Source: Chloroflexi bacterium ADurb.Bin180
Lineage (GTDB): Bacteria > Chloroflexota > Anaerolineae > UBA2200
Reading direction: 5' to 3'
Assembly: GCA_002070215.1 (NCBI GenBank)
Contig: MWCV01000004.1
Span: forward strand, 19,407 to 83,406
DNA: 64,000 nt
Part shown: one piece after another, positions 44,616-52,777 of the stretch
Layout of the letters: every line of letters starts with the position of its first letter
How positions within the stretch are numbered: the stretch's first letter is position 1
Position numbers and translations under genes: made by a program
The notes under the pieces: generated by a model
Told to the model about the DNA's origin: nothing
Database searches by the model: none
The model's input: only the letters and a program-made list of their open reading frames with translations

Positions 44616-46259
44616 TCAATTGCCCCCCAGCAGGTAGACCTGGCAGCCGTCCCAGGAAGCGACCAGCGGCAAGCGAATGGAGGCTAAATCGGCAGTGAAC
44701 TCGGCCGGCAGGCCCTGTGGGCGGTCGCCCCAGACAATGAGCAACTCGGCGCCAAAGCGTCGAGCTGCCGTTTGGGCGGTAGCCAGACCGCCAAAGGGGA
44801 TGGCCAACGTCCGGCGCTCGGCAAACAGCGAGATGCCCAGGCCGTTATTGGTCAAAATGATGGTCTGTGGGTCGGTGTTAGCCTTGACCCATTCCGCTAC
44901 CCTGGCGTTGCTCTGCGCAAGGCGTCGATTGCTGACGATCTCCGTTCTGGCCACGGTCACGCCTATCAAACAGGCCACCAACACCGCCCCCACCTGAAAG
45001 ACCCTCAAAGAACGGCGCGGATCCAATACCCCGGCTACCCTGGCCAATCGCTGCCAACTGCAGCGCAGGCCGACGGCGGCAAGTGCAGCCCCAAAGGGCA
45101 CCCAGGCCGAGAGAGAGTGACTGAACCCCCCTTGCAGACCAGGAAAAACGTAGACCAGAGACATCGCCAGGAAGAGCAGCAAGGGGTACAGGAGTACGGG
45201 GAACAGGCTGGGAGGCGCACCCCCCTCGGCAACGGGCCTATCGCGCGGTGAGCTGGCTCGAGGGCGGGTCATGGCAAGCGCACCGAGCGCGATGAACGGC
45301 GCCTGCCAGAACTGGAAGGTCCAGATCAGTCGCAGGCCGTTCATTCCCAGCGCGTTCAGGCGTGCCTGAAGCAGCGACGACCAACCCGCGGAGAGCAGAT
45401 GCTGCAGGGTGAATTGCGGCTCAAAGGCAAAGAACTCGCCGTACTCCCTGAGCAGTGCCGGGTACAGGGGCGGCACCGGGTTCACGCGGCCGAAAGTAAG
45501 CCAGTTGCGCAGCCACCAGGGGGCGCAGACGCCTACAAACAAGCCCAGAGTCAGCAGCACCACCCGGAAGGAGACACCCTGCCCACGGTGCCGCAGCCAG
45601 AGCACAAAGAGCCCGAAGACAGCCAGGAGGAGAATGGCATCATTTCGCGTGAGGGCGGCCAGGCCCATAAACAGGCCGGAGGCCGCGAGCCAATATGGGT
45701 TGCTCCAGTCGCGAGACATCGCGTAGATAGCCAGACCGGCGGTCAACGCGAAGGTGGCGTAGCAGTCAACATCCAACTGGGTTGCCATCACCGTTCCGCC
45801 ACCGAAAAGGACCAGCCCTGCAGCCACGAGTCCATCCGACACACGCCCCGTGAGCCGACGCGTGAACAGGTAGGCGAGCAAGACGAGAGCGGAGGAAAGC
45901 AGAATCTGCGGAATCTGCGCTGCCCGATAGCTCCGCGAGAGCAGCAGAAAGAGAGCCTGGAGCAGAGAAGGCAGTGGGAGCCAGACCCCGCCGGCCGGAT
46001 GAGGAAAGCCGACTGGCCGATCGAGGAACTGCCACAGCGCGTCGACCACCAGACCGCGGCCCGCGACGAGGTTCTTGGCGACCAGGTAGTAGTACTGGGC
46101 ATCGAAACTGGACGGCGCAGCCAACTGCAGTGCGGTCGCGGTGCGAACGCCCACCGCAATGAGGTAGAGCAGGGGGAGCAGCCAGTGATCCGCGTTCGAA
46201 CGGTTCCGTGCTGGTGGCGAGGTCATATCAGCAGCCGTTGCGCCTGGCTGGTCTGTCAC
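44616..46259 (-). CDS. GT-C fold glycosyltransferase, family 39 / ArnT-PMT-like
   Basis: About 12 TM helices, N-terminal loop ...FDAQYYYLVAKNLVAGRGL..., and a soluble C-terminal domain. This is the typical dolichyl/undecaprenyl-phosphate-sugar transferase layout. Confidence 0.65.
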   Translation of the reverse strand: MTDQPGATAADMTSPPARNRSNADHWLLPLLYLIAVGVRTATALQLAAPSSFDAQYYYLVAKNLVAGRGLVVDALWQFLDRPVGFPHPAGGVWLPLPSLLQALFLLLSRSYRAAQIPQILLSSALVLLAYLFTRRLTGRVSDGLVAAGLVLFGGGTVMATQLDVDCYATFALTAGLAIYAMSRDWSNPYWLAASGLFMGLAALTRNDAILLLAVFGLFVLWLRHRGQGVSFRVVLLTLGLFVGVCAPWWLRNWLTFGRVNPVPPLYPALLREYGEFFAFEPQFTLQHLLSAGWSSLLQARLNALGMNGLRLIWTFQFWQAPFIALGALAMTRPRASSPRDRPVAEGGAPPSLFPVLLYPLLLFLAMSLVYVFPGLQGGFSHSLSAWVPFGAALAAVGLRCSWQRLARVAGVLDPRRSLRVFQVGAVLVACLIGVTVARTEIVSNRRLAQSNARVAEWVKANTDPQTIILTNNGLGISLFAERRTLAIPFGGLATAQTAARRFGAELLIVWGDRPQGLPAEFTADLASIRLPLVASWDGCQVYLLGGN

Positions 46260-46656
46260 TGCGCGGTTGTTGTCGACGTGCAGGCTGGTTCATCGTTGTC
46301 AGCAATCAACAGTCTGGCTGCGGCACGGAGGTCGGCTGAGCGCTCGTGTGGCACCGTGCTGCGGGATTGCCTGGTCGCCCCGGATCCAGACGATATGGGC
46401 ACCATTCCGCCCCTGGCGGAGGCGAGCAGGTTGGTGACCCTGGCCAGGCAACTTCTGGAACATTGTAACAGGGGCCTCTGGCTCCGAGGCGCCCTGTCGC
46501 GCATTCTCGGTAATCGTATTGTTCAAGGGCAGCACGCGACCCGGAGCGACTGGAAGAAATGAGCAAAGGCCAGGCAGGCGAGGCGGCACGCGTGACAGGG
46601 TCTGGCTGCTCTCCGGGTCTGGCCCAGCAAGACCCGGGCGCGGATCGCGCTATCGG

Positions 46657-46705
46657 CAAGAGAAACGACGAGGGGCAGAGCACTCTTGACCGTGTGCCCT
46701 GCCCC
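46657..46705 (-). terminator. stem-loop / attenuator directly after the flp pilin gene
   Basis: Minus-strand GGGGCAGGGCAC...GTGCTCTGCCCC (7+4 bp with one mismatch) followed by TCGTCGTTTCTCTTG. Confidence 0.5.
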
Positions 46706-46732
46706 TGTGTCGTCTGTCCCTCCATCAAGGCT

Positions 46733-46906
46733 CTAGGTGACAGCCTTGCCCAGTGCGGTGGCGATTTTATCCAGGATCTGCTGAATGCTCGAGCCCATAG
46801 TCTGGAGGGCGACAATGGCGAGCAGCACAATCAGACCAATGATCAGAGCGTATTCGGTCAGGTCCTGACCTTTCTGCCGGCGTAACCACTGCATCAGCTT
46901 TTTCAT
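46733..46906 (-). CDS. flp: Flp-family type IVb pilin (57 aa precursor)
   Basis: MKKLMQWLRRQKG|QDLTEYALIIGLIVLLAIVAL... has G at -1 and E at +5/Y at +6, an exact fit to the Flp motif. AAGGAGG Shine-Dalgarno is upstream. The ORF-track entry 46733..47137 is an upstream extension. Confidence 0.85.
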   Translation of the reverse strand: MKKLMQWLRRQKGQDLTEYALIIGLIVLLAIVALQTMGSSIQQILDKIATALGKAVT

Positions 46907-47444
46907 TTCTTGTTCACCTCCTTTCCCGTACAGTGTGCCCAGGCCACCGACGAGTCGATGTGGTTGCGCTGGGGATACCGTTCTGGTGAGAGCGAGTGCT
47001 CTCCCGCGAGAGAACTCGTGTGCTCTGCCCACAACGGTGTGAAACCCGTCTGTCTGTAACGCTATTGCTACCTTTCGTCTACCCCGTGGACACAATCCTA
47101 GCATACAAAGATGAATAGAGTGTGAACAGATCGGCACCGCAACATAGCAATTCGTTCATATTCACACCGTGCCATCCACTGATTCGCGTTTGCCTCGGCA
47201 AAGGTAGGCCTGGATTGTTAACGACTATTCATGTACCGTCTGCCCGAATCGCGAAGGGGCAGGGGCCTGGCTGCACACAACAGCTCAGCACCATTAGCAC
47301 CAACCCTGATGACGGAGTTGGATGCGAATAGATACTGTCTCCTGTAGCGCAGGTAGCTTGCTCTTTCACGCGCGCTGTGATAGACTCTGACCAGGTAGTT
47401 GCCGGGCGCACATTGTACAGCAAACGACCGGAAGAGGGGGAACG

Positions 47445-48191
47445 ATGAATCCGGGTCTTGGGCACTGGACTGCTCGGATCAAGCTGATAGCCTTGGTGGC
47501 TTTGTTGACGCTGTCCGCTGGCTGTGACCGGCCACCGCCACGTCAGCCCACGGCCACACCGCCGCCTGTGCCGACACCGGTGCAAACGCCTGACTCTAGC
47601 CTTCCGTCTGAGATCCTCACTGCCAGAGACGCCGGTCTCGAGGCACTTCGCACGATCGCGCCCACCCTGGCCCCGCCAGCGGAGATGACCTGGACCGGGC
47701 GCGACACCACACCGGCCGGGGTGGTCGATGTGACCAGCTACGAGTTTGCGAGTTCCGGCTGGACCGTCTCCCTGGCATCTCTCTCGCTCTCACCGAGCGT
47801 GGTGGCGTACGAGCTCAGCCTGGATCACGCTCAGAGTGGCCTGCACTGGGCCGGCCGCCTGAACCAATCTCTGGACCTGACTGAATCGAACATCAACGTG
47901 AGCGCTGAGGCGCTCGTGGCCCGGCAGATCGCTCTGGACTACCTGGCTGAACACGATGCGGTCCATGCGCCGCCGGCAGACTTGGTATGGTTCGGCAGCA
48001 GGACAACGGCCACCGGGCTCCCGGGGCGGGAAAGCTATCAGTTCTCGGCTGGCGGATGGGAGATGCTGGTAGAGTACGACCTGGGCTCGCCGAATGACGT
48101 GGTCTACGAGATAGTGCTCTCCGGGCCAGGGAATGGCTTCCTATGGCGTGGTCAGGTCGATGCACAGGGCACGGTTCTGGAGCATCGCTAG
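47445..48191 (+). CDS. lipoprotein with two tandem PepSY-like repeats
   Basis: Signal peptide plus lipobox LSAGC and a Pro-rich linker. Internal duplication: ...APPAEMTWTGRDTTPAG...SYEFASSGWTV...VAYELSL...HWAGRL against ...APPADLVWFGSRTTATG...SYQFSAGGWEM...VVYEIVL...LWRGQVDAQGTVLE. Confidence 0.45.
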   Translation: MNPGLGHWTARIKLIALVALLTLSAGCDRPPPRQPTATPPPVPTPVQTPDSSLPSEILTARDAGLEALRTIAPTLAPPAEMTWTGRDTTPAGVVDVTSYEFASSGWTVSLASLSLSPSVVAYELSLDHAQSGLHWAGRLNQSLDLTESNINVSAEALVARQIALDYLAEHDAVHAPPADLVWFGSRTTATGLPGRESYQFSAGGWEMLVEYDLGSPNDVVYEIVLSGPGNGFLWRGQVDAQGTVLEHR

Positions 48192-48200
48192 AGACCGCGG

Positions 48201-49808
48201 CTAGGGGCCCTTCAGCACGCTCACGCCGAGGTTGTCGGCGTGGTCACCGATACGCTCCAGGTTGCGTAGCGTCTCGATGAACAGGATGTCGGCCTGAGGG
48301 CTGCAGACTCCCGCCTCGAGCCGCCTGCGGTGTGACTCGCGCAGTTCCTTCTCCATGATATCGATGTCACCTTCCACCTGGCGCACCCGCCTGGCGGCTG
48401 TTTTGTCGCCGCTTTCCAGAGCACTCACCGCCAGAGTCCAGTTCTGGCAGACCAGGTCATGGAAGCGAGCCACTTCTGACTCACCCTGCTTGCTGAACTT
48501 GACCTGCTCTTGAGCGCGTTCCTGGCCGGCCTGGGCCAGGTTGACCGCCATGTCTGCAACCCGCTCCATGTCGGTGATGGCGTGTTTGAGCTCAAAGCAC
48601 CTCTGGCGTTCCTCTTCGGTGACAGGGCCCCGGGTGAGCGTGTCGATGTATTGCTCGGTGATGCGGCACAGGGCGTCAATCTGGTCATCCTCGCGCTGGA
48701 GAATCCGCTCGATCTTGGTCTCATCGGACCTGAGCAGAGCATCCAGGCTCCAATCAACCATCTCGGCAGTCAGCCGCCCGATCCGCATGACCTCTTTGGT
48801 TGCCTGCGAAAGGGCGATCGACGGGACGACCAGCAAGTTGTCATCGAGGAACTGCGTCACCTTGGGAGGTTCCTTGTCCTCTCCGGGGACGAGCAACGTA
48901 GCCGCGCGGACAATGAGGGGAACAAAGGGGAAAAGGATCACGCTTACAGTGATGTTAAAGATACTGTGGGCATTCGCGATCTGCCGTCCGAGGTTTGTCG
49001 ACGTCCTGGACAGGAAATCAGCAAAAGGGTAGATGAAGGGCAAGAAGAGCGCCACGCCGAAGAGGTTGATCAGGATCTGCGCGACAGATGCCCTGCGGGA
49101 TGACAGCGAGGAGTGCAGCGCAGCAGCGAGGCCGGTGAAGCAGGTGCCGATATTGGCGCCAAGGATGAGAGCGATCGCGCCGGGCAGACTGATGGCACTG
49201 GAAAGGCCAAGAGCGATGGTCAGGCCGGTGGTCGCCGCACTGCTGTGGATCAGCGCGGTGAGGATGGCGCCGCCGATGACCCCCAGCAGAGGCGTCGCGC
49301 TCATCGTCGTGAGCCACGAACGCACCTGCGGCACTTCGGCCAGTGGCGTGACACCTGCCTTGACGGTCTCCAGGCCGAGAAAGATGATTCCAAGGCCCAG
49401 CACTGCTGTTCCGACCGCCTGCCACTGCTTTTCCGGACGCAGCGTACGAATGCCATAGCCAACGATGAGCAAGGCAAACAGGAACTTGCCGACGTCGAAG
49501 GCAATGAGCTGACCGGTGAGGGTGGTGCCAATCTCCTGCCCCATCATAACGCCCACGGCCTGTTCCAGCGTGAACAGACGGGCGTTGATCAGGCCGATCA
49601 TCGTCACCATAAGCAGGCTGCTGCTCTGCAGGATGGCCGTGGCCACAAACCCGAAACCGGCGGCCTTCAGGCGCCGATTGGTCAGGCGTTCGAGCCAGGT
49701 CTGAATCCGTCTTCCGGCGACCTGTTCCGTGCCTGTACTGAGCATGTCAATACCAAAGAGCAGAACAGCCAGGCCTCCCAACATTTGCAGCAGATACGCC
49801 AAGATCAC
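48201..49808 (-). CDS. Na+/phosphate cotransporter family protein with C-terminal PhoU-like repeats
   Basis: Duplicated NaPi-II membrane repeats (QSSSLLMVTMIGL / HSSAATTGLTIALG) plus a C-terminal PhoU-like helical domain. GTG start follows AGGAG. Confidence 0.8.
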   Translation of the reverse strand: MILAYLLQMLGGLAVLLFGIDMLSTGTEQVAGRRIQTWLERLTNRRLKAAGFGFVATAILQSSSLLMVTMIGLINARLFTLEQAVGVMMGQEIGTTLTGQLIAFDVGKFLFALLIVGYGIRTLRPEKQWQAVGTAVLGLGIIFLGLETVKAGVTPLAEVPQVRSWLTTMSATPLLGVIGGAILTALIHSSAATTGLTIALGLSSAISLPGAIALILGANIGTCFTGLAAALHSSLSSRRASVAQILINLFGVALFLPFIYPFADFLSRTSTNLGRQIANAHSIFNITVSVILFPFVPLIVRAATLLVPGEDKEPPKVTQFLDDNLLVVPSIALSQATKEVMRIGRLTAEMVDWSLDALLRSDETKIERILQREDDQIDALCRITEQYIDTLTRGPVTEEERQRCFELKHAITDMERVADMAVNLAQAGQERAQEQVKFSKQGESEVARFHDLVCQNWTLAVSALESGDKTAARRVRQVEGDIDIMEKELRESHRRRLEAGVCSPQADILFIETLRNLERIGDHADNLGVSVLKGP

Positions 49809-49892
49809 AGCTTCTCACTCCTGGTCAGAGGGTCCATGCCGGTCGCCAGAGAGACTGAGCAGGCGATCCGCAGGCGGTGGTGAACGAAGGTC

Positions 49893-49921
49893 ATTGTAGC
49901 ATGCCTCACCGTGATGCGCAA
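49893..49921 (-). promoter_or_regulatory. sigma70-type promoter of the Na/Pi cotransporter gene
   Basis: Minus strand: TTGCGC (49921-49916), 17 nt spacer, TACAAT (49898-49893). Confidence 0.5.
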
Positions 49922-49941
49922 CCGTGGGCGGTTTCGGGGGT

Positions 49942-49969
49942 TTGTGCTAGTGCCGACACCCCCTATAAT
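49942..49969 (+). promoter_or_regulatory. sigma70-type promoter of the GNAT-like gene / bcp unit
   Basis: TTGTGC (49942-49947), 16 nt spacer, perfect TATAAT (49964-49969). ATG is at 50001. Confidence 0.5.
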
Positions 49970-50000
49970 GGCGGTCACAGTCCGAAACAGAGGCAAGCAG

Positions 50001-51137
50001 ATGGCATATCTCAAGATCATCCAGGTGGCTGACGAGCGAGAGCGGAGGGACATGGTCCTCTTCCCATGGACCGTGTACCGTGGTGACAAGAACTGGGTGC
50101 CTCCGCTGCGCAAAGAGCGCGACAAGATGCTGGATCCCAAGCGTAACGGCTTCTTTCAGCGATCAGATGTGGTGCTGTTCTTAGCCAGACGCGGCGAGCA
50201 GACGGTAGGCACCATCGCCGCCTTTGTCGACCGGCGATTCAATGAGACCCTGGGAAAGAAAGTGGGCTTTTTCGGCTTCTTTGAGGTGCTGCAGGACTAT
50301 GAAGCAGCGGAAGGCCTGTTGAGCAGTGCGCGGGAGTGGTTGCGCGCACGAGGAATGACCGAGTTTCGCGGCCCGATCAACTTTCATCGCGACCGCGAGA
50401 GGGGGATTCTGGTCGAGGGCGCCGATTGTCCCCCGCCAATGCTGTGCGCCCATTCTCCACCATACTATCACGAGTTCGTGACTCGCTTTGGCCTGACCAA
50501 GCAGTCGGACGATTTCTGCCGTCGACTGCTCGTTTCCAGCGTTGTCGGCCCTCATGGTGAGCTGCCCGACAGGCTGGCCAGGCTGGAAAAAGTCGCCCAG
50601 CGCCGCTCCCACTTTGCTATTCGGCAGGCGCGCAAAGAGGATTGGGACGCCGAGCTCCAGAGAGTGCGCGAGCTCTACGACGCTACGATCGGCCAACTGC
50701 CAGACCACATACCGTGGACGGACGAGGAGATCAACGCCTTTGCCGAGGAGCTCAAGCCGATCGTGGATCCGTCTTTTGCCCTGTTCGGCGAGGTTGATGG
50801 CAAGACCGTAGGCTGCGTACTTGCTTTTCCGGATATGAATCAGGTGCTCATCCACCTGGATGGCCGCCTGGACGTGGCCCACAAGCTGCTGGCCTGGTGG
50901 TACATGAAGCGCATCAACATACTTAGCTTCAAGGTTGGCGGTGTGCTGGACGAGTACCAGGGCAGAGGCATCGAGGCGCTGATGCTGCTGGCTCTGGCCA
51001 AGGCGGCGGTGCCGCGCGGCTATCGCTGGGTGGACATGTCGCTGCAGGCGGAAGACAACGACAAGCTGACCACTCTGGTCACGCACTTTAACGCCGAAAC
51101 CTACAAGAGGTATCGGATCTACACTATGCCGGCCTAG
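50001..51137 (+). CDS. conserved two-lobed GNAT-like (N-acyltransferase superfamily) protein
   Basis: 378 aa. FPWTVYRGDKNWVPPL...FFGFFEV...GPINF... and the C-terminal VGGVLDEYQGRGIEALM acetyl-CoA-loop-like segment. Family recognised from memory only. Confidence 0.45.
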   Translation: MAYLKIIQVADERERRDMVLFPWTVYRGDKNWVPPLRKERDKMLDPKRNGFFQRSDVVLFLARRGEQTVGTIAAFVDRRFNETLGKKVGFFGFFEVLQDYEAAEGLLSSAREWLRARGMTEFRGPINFHRDRERGILVEGADCPPPMLCAHSPPYYHEFVTRFGLTKQSDDFCRRLLVSSVVGPHGELPDRLARLEKVAQRRSHFAIRQARKEDWDAELQRVRELYDATIGQLPDHIPWTDEEINAFAEELKPIVDPSFALFGEVDGKTVGCVLAFPDMNQVLIHLDGRLDVAHKLLAWWYMKRINILSFKVGGVLDEYQGRGIEALMLLALAKAAVPRGYRWVDMSLQAEDNDKLTTLVTHFNAETYKRYRIYTMPA

Positions 51138-51170
51138 CCGGGACGAATCAACAGGCCTCAGGAGGGTGCA

Positions 51171-51638
51171 ATGCTCAAGGCGGGCGACCGTGCGCCGGAT
51201 TTCGCTCTGGTCTCGGACAAGGGAGACAAAGTCAAGCTATCTGGCCTGAAGGGAAAGAAAGTGATCCTGTACTTCTTCCCCAAGGCGGGGACCTCAGGCT
51301 GAACGGTTCAGGCCAACGGATTCCGTGACGAATCCGAGAGAATTGCAGCGGCGAACGCGGTGGTTGTCGGCATCAGTCCCGACCCGAGCGAGGCTCTGGC
51401 CGATTTCCGTGCAAAAAACAACCTGCCCTTTGTGCTGCTTTCCGATCCCAAGCACGTTGTGGCCGAAAAGTACGGTGCCTGGGGCGAGAAGAAGATGTAC
51501 GGCAAGAGCCACATGGGAGTGATTCGCAGCCACTTTGTCATCGACGAGAACGGGCGCTTGCTCGACGTCCGCATCAAGGTGGGTCCTGACGAAAGCGTCA
51601 GACTCGCCGTGGAGAAAGTGACGGCTCCCGCGGGCTAG
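51171..51638 (+). CDS. bcp: Bcp/PrxQ-type peroxiredoxin with in-frame TGA (putative selenocysteine) at the peroxidatic position
   Basis: ATG 51171 lies 4 nt after GGAGGG. MLKAGDRAPDF...VILYFFPKAGTSG-[TGA 51300-51302]-TVQANGFRDE...GISPD...LLSDP...HFVIDENGRL. Both halves are in one frame and together span a full-length Bcp. Confidence 0.7.
51317..51336 (+). promoter_or_regulatory. SECIS-like hairpin downstream of the in-frame UGA
   Basis: Perfect 7-bp stem CGGAUUC / GAAUCCG with loop CGUGAC. The stem starts 14 nt after the UGA, and the loop contains GU. Confidence 0.45.
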
Positions 51639-52777
51639 TACTTGGCCTGGTTCTGCAGGTGCTCTTCAAACGTCTCGGCAAAGACGTGCGAGCCGTCGCC
51701 TTTGGCCAGGAAGAAGAGATAGTTGGTTTCTGCCGGCTGCAGGACGGCCTGGATTGACGCCAGCCCCGGGCTGCAGATCGGGCCAGGCGGCAAGCCGGGG
51801 TGAATGTAGGTGTTGTAGGGTGAATCCACCGTGCGCAGCTCGCCCATGCTGATGTGCGGCCACCAGCGACCCGTGGCCGCGTCATAGCCCTTTCCATATT
51901 GCACTGTCGGGTCAGATTCGAGGTAAATGCCCTTGCGCAAGCGGTTCAGGTAGACACTGGCGATAATGGGCCGTTCCTCGGCCAGAACCGCCTCCCGCTC
52001 CACGATCGAGGCCAGCGTCAGTGCCTGGTAGAGAGTGAGACCCTCGTCGAGGGCTTGTTGACGCATCTCGATCGTCACGCGTCGGTCAAAGTTCTGCAGC
52101 ATGGCATCGATGATCTGCGTCGCAGAGGCGGTGACGGCGAACTGGTACGTATCTGGAAAGAGAAATCCCTCCAGACTGTGAGGTGCAGTCGCCGGGCGAT
52201 CGCGCAGAAAATCGTACTGGAAGGCGTCGCCGCGAACCAGGCCAATGAACTCTTCCTGGCCCGCCAGCCCTTCACTGGCCAGAAGGTAGGCTACCTCTTC
52301 GGCGCGCAAGCCTTCGCGAATGGTGACGGTCTTGGCCTGAAGCCGGCCGTGTCTGAGTTGAGTGACGACTTCTGACATGGGCATGTTGCCGGTCAGAGCA
52401 TAGTCGCCCGCCTCGAGTTGCTGGTCCAGCCCCCAGTACCGCAAGAGAAGCCGAAAAAGCTCTGCATCGCGAATGATCCCCAGCCGCTCCAGCCGCGAAG
52501 CGATGGCCGCGGCGCTCTCGCCTGGCTGAATGGTGAATTCGACTTGCTGGGTGCTTCCCGAGGGGGGTGTCTCGATGTCGTTTCGCCGGAGGTTCAGGTA
52601 GAACCCCAGCAGAGTGCGCTCGAGAGACGAAAGGTCTACCTCCGCACCCGGTTGCAGGGCGGCCGCCCTCATCTGGCGCACAAAGAACCAGACTATGCCT
52701 CCCGCAACTCCAACCATCACGCCGACTGCCACCAAGAAGAGCACAATGCGACCTATGGTGCGTCTGGTTCCCTTCAC
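51635..52777 (-). CDS. mltG: endolytic murein transglycosylase MltG (YceG-like)
   Basis: N-terminal TM, then FTIQPGESAAAIASRLERLGII...EGFLFPDTY...ASIVEREA...YNTYIHPGLPPGPICSPG. GTG 52777 lies 6 nt after GGGAGG and overlaps the ruvX stop (GTGA). The ORF-track start at 53245 is an extension. Confidence 0.85.
   Translation of the reverse strand: MKGTRRTIGRIVLFLVAVGVMVGVAGGIVWFFVRQMRAAALQPGAEVDLSSLERTLLGFYLNLRRNDIETPPSGSTQQVEFTIQPGESAAAIASRLERLGIIRDAELFRLLLRYWGLDQQLEAGDYALTGNMPMSEVVTQLRHGRLQAKTVTIREGLRAEEVAYLLASEGLAGQEEFIGLVRGDAFQYDFLRDRPATAPHSLEGFLFPDTYQFAVTASATQIIDAMLQNFDRRVTIEMRQQALDEGLTLYQALTLASIVEREAVLAEERPIIASVYLNRLRKGIYLESDPTVQYGKGYDAATGRWWPHISMGELRTVDSPYNTYIHPGLPPGPICSPGLASIQAVLQPAETNYLFFLAKGDGSHVFAETFEEHLQNQAKY

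Noticed and set aside
46278-46562. Possible plus-strand small ORF (up to 95 aa from GTG 46278, or 55 aa from ATG 46395) between GT39 and flp. I counted about 75% G/C at third positions over the distal 55 codons.
   Set aside because: No Shine-Dalgarno precedes any candidate start, there are no recognisable motifs, and it is the tail of a long antisense shadow ORF. It is left as non-coding pending transcript or conservation data.
46907-47444. Sigma54 (-24/-12) promoter or c-di-GMP riboswitch in the flp leader.
   Set aside because: A TGGCACG element is present on the minus strand but is not followed by TTGC at the required spacing. No GEMM-type conserved segments could be found.
51300-51302. 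Alternative reading of the bcp TGA as a genuine stop (pseudogene, or a sequencing error of TGC/TGT).
   Set aside because: This is not fully excluded. However, the stop falls precisely on the catalytic Cys codon, the downstream 112 codons remain intact and conserved-looking, and a SECIS-like hairpin follows at the right distance. The selenocysteine reading is therefore preferred.
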